DNA of 64,000 nucleotides from a candidate division WWE3 bacterium RIFCSPHIGHO2_01_FULL_40_23 (GTDB lineage Bacteria; Patescibacteriota; WWE3; UBA101185; 2-01-FULL-41-18): assembly GCA_001772615.1 (NCBI GenBank), contig MEUZ01000003.1, forward strand, positions 109,698 to 173,697, in the 5' to 3' direction. The position numbers and the translations under genes are program-made. The number at the start of each line of letters is the position of its first letter. Within the stretch, counting starts at the first letter, position 1. The notes beneath the pieces were generated by a model. That model made no database searches and was not told where the DNA came from. It saw only the letters and a program-made list of their open reading frames with translations. Of this stretch, positions 60,480-64,000 are shown one piece after another.

Positions 60480-62369
60480 TTATAGTAACACAGAAATTAA
60501 GGCTGTAAAAAGCGGCACATGGTAAAATGACAACCAAAGCATTGTTGTCATCCCGGATCTCAAACATTGGGGGGTCGTATAACGGTAGTACAGCGCCCTC
60601 TGGAGGCGTTTATCGGGGTTCGAATCCCTGCCCCCCAGCCATGAAAAACTGGCAGCTTGTAGGACATTGGTATTTGTTACAGCATCAATACTTTTTTCAG
60701 GTTCGAACTTTGTAACGACATTTTGAATTGTATCCTTTCCCTTCTCTATCAAATACCATGCTTTTTCCCCGTCAATATGTAATTTTCTGTCCTTAATAAA
60801 TAGGTTCGAACCAAGTGCGTTTAGTATTGCAACTTTAGTTTTCGCATCTCCATTAGCAAACCAGTAACGGGCATAACATGCGAAATCAAATGCACGAGTT
60901 GACGTTTCCAACCAAGTATTTTGTCGTGTGCTTAGCTTTTGTTTTTCCACCAAAAGCGCTTCCTTTTCGCTCAATAACGATACTTTTTGTTTGTTCAATT
61001 CGTCTGGCGTTAATAATACGTGTGTAGTATTTTGAGGTGAAATATACAGTTTTGTAAGGTTATCAATCCTGCTTTCCACATCCTTAAGTGCAGAATTGAT
61101 ATTACTGCTTATTATCAGTCTATCGGTAAATTCAACATCTGTTAATTCGTTTAGGTATTTTATTGCCCAATCACGCAAGCGGGTAGATATTTCTATTTTC
61201 TTTAGTGCAAAATCTACAGTATTTTCCAGCTCCTTCAACGTTAAACTACCCTCGGTGCAGGAAGGAGTGGTTTTACCAGCACAGACGTAGTAAATATAAT
61301 GCAATATCTTCTTATGTTTCATATTTTCGATTAAAGTGCCGCAAGCAGAGCAGGCTTTCCTGGTTTTAGTTAATGCGAATTTATTCTTACAATCGCATAT
61401 AATTTGCAATTTTTCCTCAAATGTAATGCTGCCTCCGCAACCACCGCATCTTAATGCCTTTTTGAAAATACCCTCTTTTTTAGACGTAGGCGATTTTACA
61501 GTCTTACCTAGAATAATTTGTATTTTTTCAAATTCTTCTTTGCTAATCATTTTTTTATGATTACCCCAACCTTCAACTAATTTTCCGTCTACGACACGTA
61601 CCATCCAACCATAATAAAACGGGTCTGATACTATGCGATAGAAAGAACTTTTAGATAGAGGTCTGCCGCCTTGTCTTGCTGTTCTTCTCGTACGATAGCC
61701 CCATACATTATTTAGAAGCTCCAAAACCTCCATCCTGGTATAGTTTCCAGTTAAAAGTAGTTGTAACGCCTTGCTTAATAATCCCCATTGTTTTTCATCA
61801 ATATCGATGTACTTTTCTTTTGTGATCGGATTTTCCTTGTTTATGTATCCTGGCTTGGCGAATCCTGCCCATTCCTTTTGCTCGAAAAACTTTTCTTTAT
61901 TACCTCGCCGTACAGCATCCGATTTATCATCCGAGTCCCGAGTTGCACGTGTAAACTCCTGCATCAGGTATTCTTTATCTCTGCCTGTGTTTTCATAAAT
62001 TGCATGAGGTGTTATTACATAGCTTAGAAGCCCATCAGACATAAGTTGAACAAATTCGCCGCCTTCTTTATAATTCCTGTTGAGCCGATTAGCATGCCAA
62101 CATAAAACAACTTGGACTTTACCCGTTTTGATTTCTTCGATCAATTTTCTGTAGTCTTTTCTTCCCGTTTCAAATGCCGAGGCTTTTTCTTCATAATCGG
62201 ATGTAATCTTAAGATCATATCTATCTATAATTTGCTCGTGAATGTCTGCATTTTGCCCAGGTAATGATCTTATTTGCTTGTCTTCCGCATCCTTTGTGGA
62301 TTTACGTTTATAACAGCTTATGCCTAAGGTTTTTATTTCTTCAATTAGTTCAGGGCTAAAATAAGCCAT
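60480..62369 (-). CDS. Large serine recombinase (resolvase-recombinase-zinc ribbon-coiled coil); C-terminus encoded antisense to tRNA-Gln
   Basis: YKRKST catalytic Ser, NRLNRN, PFYYG, CGGCG/YYVC, WLGGRDSNP. Confidence 0.93.
   Translation of the reverse strand: MAYFSPELIEEIKTLGISCYKRKSTKDAEDKQIRSLPGQNADIHEQIIDRYDLKITSDYEEKASAFETGRKDYRKLIEEIKTGKVQVVLCWHANRLNRNYKEGGEFVQLMSDGLLSYVITPHAIYENTGRDKEYLMQEFTRATRDSDDKSDAVRRGNKEKFFEQKEWAGFAKPGYINKENPITKEKYIDIDEKQWGLLSKALQLLLTGNYTRMEVLELLNNVWGYRTRRTARQGGRPLSKSSFYRIVSDPFYYGWMVRVVDGKLVEGWGNHKKMISKEEFEKIQIILGKTVKSPTSKKEGIFKKALRCGGCGGSITFEEKLQIICDCKNKFALTKTRKACSACGTLIENMKHKKILHYIYYVCAGKTTPSCTEGSLTLKELENTVDFALKKIEISTRLRDWAIKYLNELTDVEFTDRLIISSNINSALKDVESRIDNLTKLYISPQNTTHVLLTPDELNKQKVSLLSEKEALLVEKQKLSTRQNTWLETSTRAFDFACYARYWFANGDAKTKVAILNALGSNLFIKDRKLHIDGEKAWYLIEKGKDTIQNVVTKFEPEKSIDAVTNTNVLQAASFSWLGGRDSNPDKRLQRALYYRYTTPQCLRSGMTTMLWLSFYHVPLFTALISVLL
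60568..60641 (+). tRNA. tRNA-Gln (CTG)
   Basis: TGGGGGG/CCCCCCA acceptor stem, GCGCC-CTCTGGA-GGCGT anticodon arm, GGTTCGAATCC, CCA. Confidence 0.97.
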
Positions 62370-62413
62370 AATTCCTTATATAAAAACGTATGGGCAGTTG
62401 AAATAAATATGTA

Positions 62414-62632
62414 TTAAACGTTACTTACATTATTATCGCAGAATTTGCCTTTTATGTTCAAATTTTCTGTTGCAATCGGTTTATAAATCAGGCTGAACAG
62501 TTGTAAAAATTCCATAGCCTTTTTTTCCACATCGGAATCGTCAAAATTTATACCGTAATCTTGTTTACATATTTCCTTAAATGCACTTAAAGCCTCGGGA
62601 CTTAATGATCTTCTTAAAGACTCTTTTTTCAT
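62414..62632 (-). CDS. Small helical protein directly upstream of the LSR (possible directionality/accessory factor)
   Basis: LSPEALSAFKEICKQDYGI...A.EFLQLF.LIYKPI. Confidence 0.7.
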   Translation of the reverse strand: MKKESLRRSLSPEALSAFKEICKQDYGINFDDSDVEKKAMEFLQLFSLIYKPIATENLNIKGKFCDNNVSNV

Positions 62633-62787
62633 CAGTCCACCCCAACATCTGGTAGGAATTCTTTAATTGCATATTCAACAAGTTCCTTGATTGACTTTTC
62701 TTCTGCTGCGGCAAGTCTCTTTAAGTCTTTATGCAGTTTAGAATCAATTCTTATTAACTTGGTATCCTTTTTTAACTTATTACGCAT
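62632..62787 (-). CDS. Ribbon-helix-helix DNA-binding protein (51 aa, absent from ORF track)
   Basis: MRNKLKKDTKLIRIDSKLHKDLKRLAAAEEKSIKELVEYAIKEFL; TGA overlaps the next ATG. Confidence 0.8.
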   Translation of the reverse strand: MRNKLKKDTKLIRIDSKLHKDLKRLAAAEEKSIKELVEYAIKEFLPDVGVD

Positions 62788-62811
62788 AGTAAACTTATTT
62801 ACCTTAAAAAA

Positions 62812-62977
62812 CCTCCAACCCCCTCTAGTTACCTGGTCTATCCTCTATGAACAGAGCTACCCCCTCCTGGAATGCTGTCCAGGTCATCAGGTTAATTCAT
62901 GTCGGATGAGCCAGCTACGATTAAGAGTCCTCTTAGTGGCACACATTGGTGGGACTAGGTATCGTAGAACCTCTACG
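62812..62977. ncRNA. Candidate structured non-coding element
   Basis: GC-enriched intergenic segment with several nested hairpins. Confidence 0.35.
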
Positions 62978-63046
62978 TTTTTAGATTAGATTTATTTTTG
63001 ACGGGATACTATGGTAATAATTATCTTAAATTTATCCTCAATTATT

Positions 63047-63691
63047 CTATGAGGTTATAGGTAGCGGGTTAAATTTGTAGCCTCTGCCTCGTACGTTAAT
63101 AAACATCTCGGTTAGCATTTCTTTGGGTACACCCACCCCCTGTAGAATTTTTAACATCCTTAATTTGATTTTATGAATTACCAGGGTCTTGTCCGTATCT
63201 GTATAAGCATTAAGGTCAAGAAGTCTATCAATCTCCTCAAAAGTTAATAATTCCCCAGGTTTACTAAAATGATGGATGAGAAGTCTGTCGGGATTATTAT
63301 TTATACTTAAATCTGCCCATTTATTTTTATAACTAATTTTGGCGTTAAAGGCATCTAAAACTAAAGCCCCGTACTTATATAAGCCTTCGGATTCGTGGTT
63401 GACAACACAAGCCTTAAGTTTAGCTAAGTTTATATTTTTAACCCAAATATGCTCCGTACCTAACTGTACGAACGTAAAACAAGTATCGTTATTTGCCGCA
63501 CTCGTACAAATATCATCAACGACAGCTTTAGTTGCACCTGTTTTTTTGTTAAGGAATCTTTTATAAGGAATTTTTAGTGAGTCTACCTTTTTTAATGCGG
63601 TGGCTTGCTCAAAAACAGAAAACAAAATTTCTTTTCTAAGCTCTAAAAGATCTGCCTTATTATAAACAAAATTGCCCGTATTTTCTTCCAT
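63047..63691 (-). CDS. Protein with C-terminal OmpR/PhoB-type winged helix
   Basis: PGELLTFEEI...VIHKIK...INVRGRGYKF; likely start is ATG 63691. Confidence 0.6.
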   Translation of the reverse strand: MEENTGNFVYNKADLLELRKEILFSVFEQATALKKVDSLKIPYKRFLNKKTGATKAVVDDICTSAANNDTCFTFVQLGTEHIWVKNINLAKLKACVVNHESEGLYKYGALVLDAFNAKISYKNKWADLSINNNPDRLLIHHFSKPGELLTFEEIDRLLDLNAYTDTDKTLVIHKIKLRMLKILQGVGVPKEMLTEMFINVRGRGYKFNPLPITS

Positions 63692-63723
63692 AAAATTGCG
63701 GGCAGTAAATAAGTTACTTTTTC

Positions 63724-64000
63724 TTAAATTTTTTTGTACAAGAGAGGTAATCCGTTGTGGGTGTCTGGGACTCCCGACACCCAACTCTCTACCGCTATTT
63801 TACTCTTTTTACGATTAAACTTAACATACACTTTTGAATTACGGGTGTTGTTATTAAGTCTATCCTTGTCAAAGTAACCTTTCAGGGTAAATATGAGCTG
63901 TAACGCACGAAGACGTACAGACCAATCGGCTTCTGTTTTACCTGCCCCCCTAACAGTTCTGGTCGCCTCCAAGGCGTTTTTTAGCATTGTTACGAGTTCC
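63724..64000 (-). CDS. C-terminal part of a protein resembling phage terminase small subunit-like proteins
   Basis: ALEAT...ADWSVRLRALQLIFTLKG; 5' end outside the window. Confidence 0.4.
   Translation of the reverse strand, partial: ELVTMLKNALEATRTVRGAGKTEADWSVRLRALQLIFTLKGYFDKDRLNNNTRNSKVYVKFNRKKSKIAVESWVSGVPDTHNGLPLLYKKI

Larger units (their letters stand above)
60620..64000. mobile_element. Integrative element inserted at the tRNA-Gln 3' end (right end outside the window)
   Basis: LSR reads into the tRNA; RHH, wHTH and terminase-small-subunit-like genes follow. Confidence 0.75.

Noticed and set aside
62860-62892. CTGATGA followed by a hairpin on the minus strand, resembling a hammerhead ribozyme core
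   Set aside because: The required GAAA after stem II is absent (GAGG instead).
62687-62989. 100-aa plus-strand ORF
   Set aside because: Antisense to the RHH gene and spans the structured segment; TTG start and no recognisable motifs.

Overview
AT-rich bacterial chromosome window whose gene content suggests a Patescibacteria/CPR genome (inference; possibly WWE3- or Microgenomates-like). 1-28 kb: a large minus-strand surface-glycan locus with GDP-heptose genes, a B12-dependent radical SAM enzyme, GT2/GT4 glycosyltransferases, five GT-C-type membrane transferases, flippases and two apparently non-functional epimerases. 28-52 kb: housekeeping genes (lepB, secA, uppP, serS/serB under a T-box riboswitch with an ultra-short stem I and a Ser UCC specifier, lysS, two greA paralogs) and a copper-export operon. 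52-64 kb: an accessory region. At the 3' end of tRNA-Glu(CTC) lies a tandem array of integrase-free cargo segments, separated by tRNA-3'-like att cores. Two of these cores are followed by homologous, codon-conserved orphan peptide frames. In tRNA-Gln(CTG), a large serine recombinase element is integrated so that the recombinase C-terminus is encoded by the tRNA antisense strand. It sits in an operon with an RHH protein and a small helical protein, behind a structured non-coding segment. Many operon-leading genes have a -10 box only 6-9 nt before the start codon (leaderless architecture).
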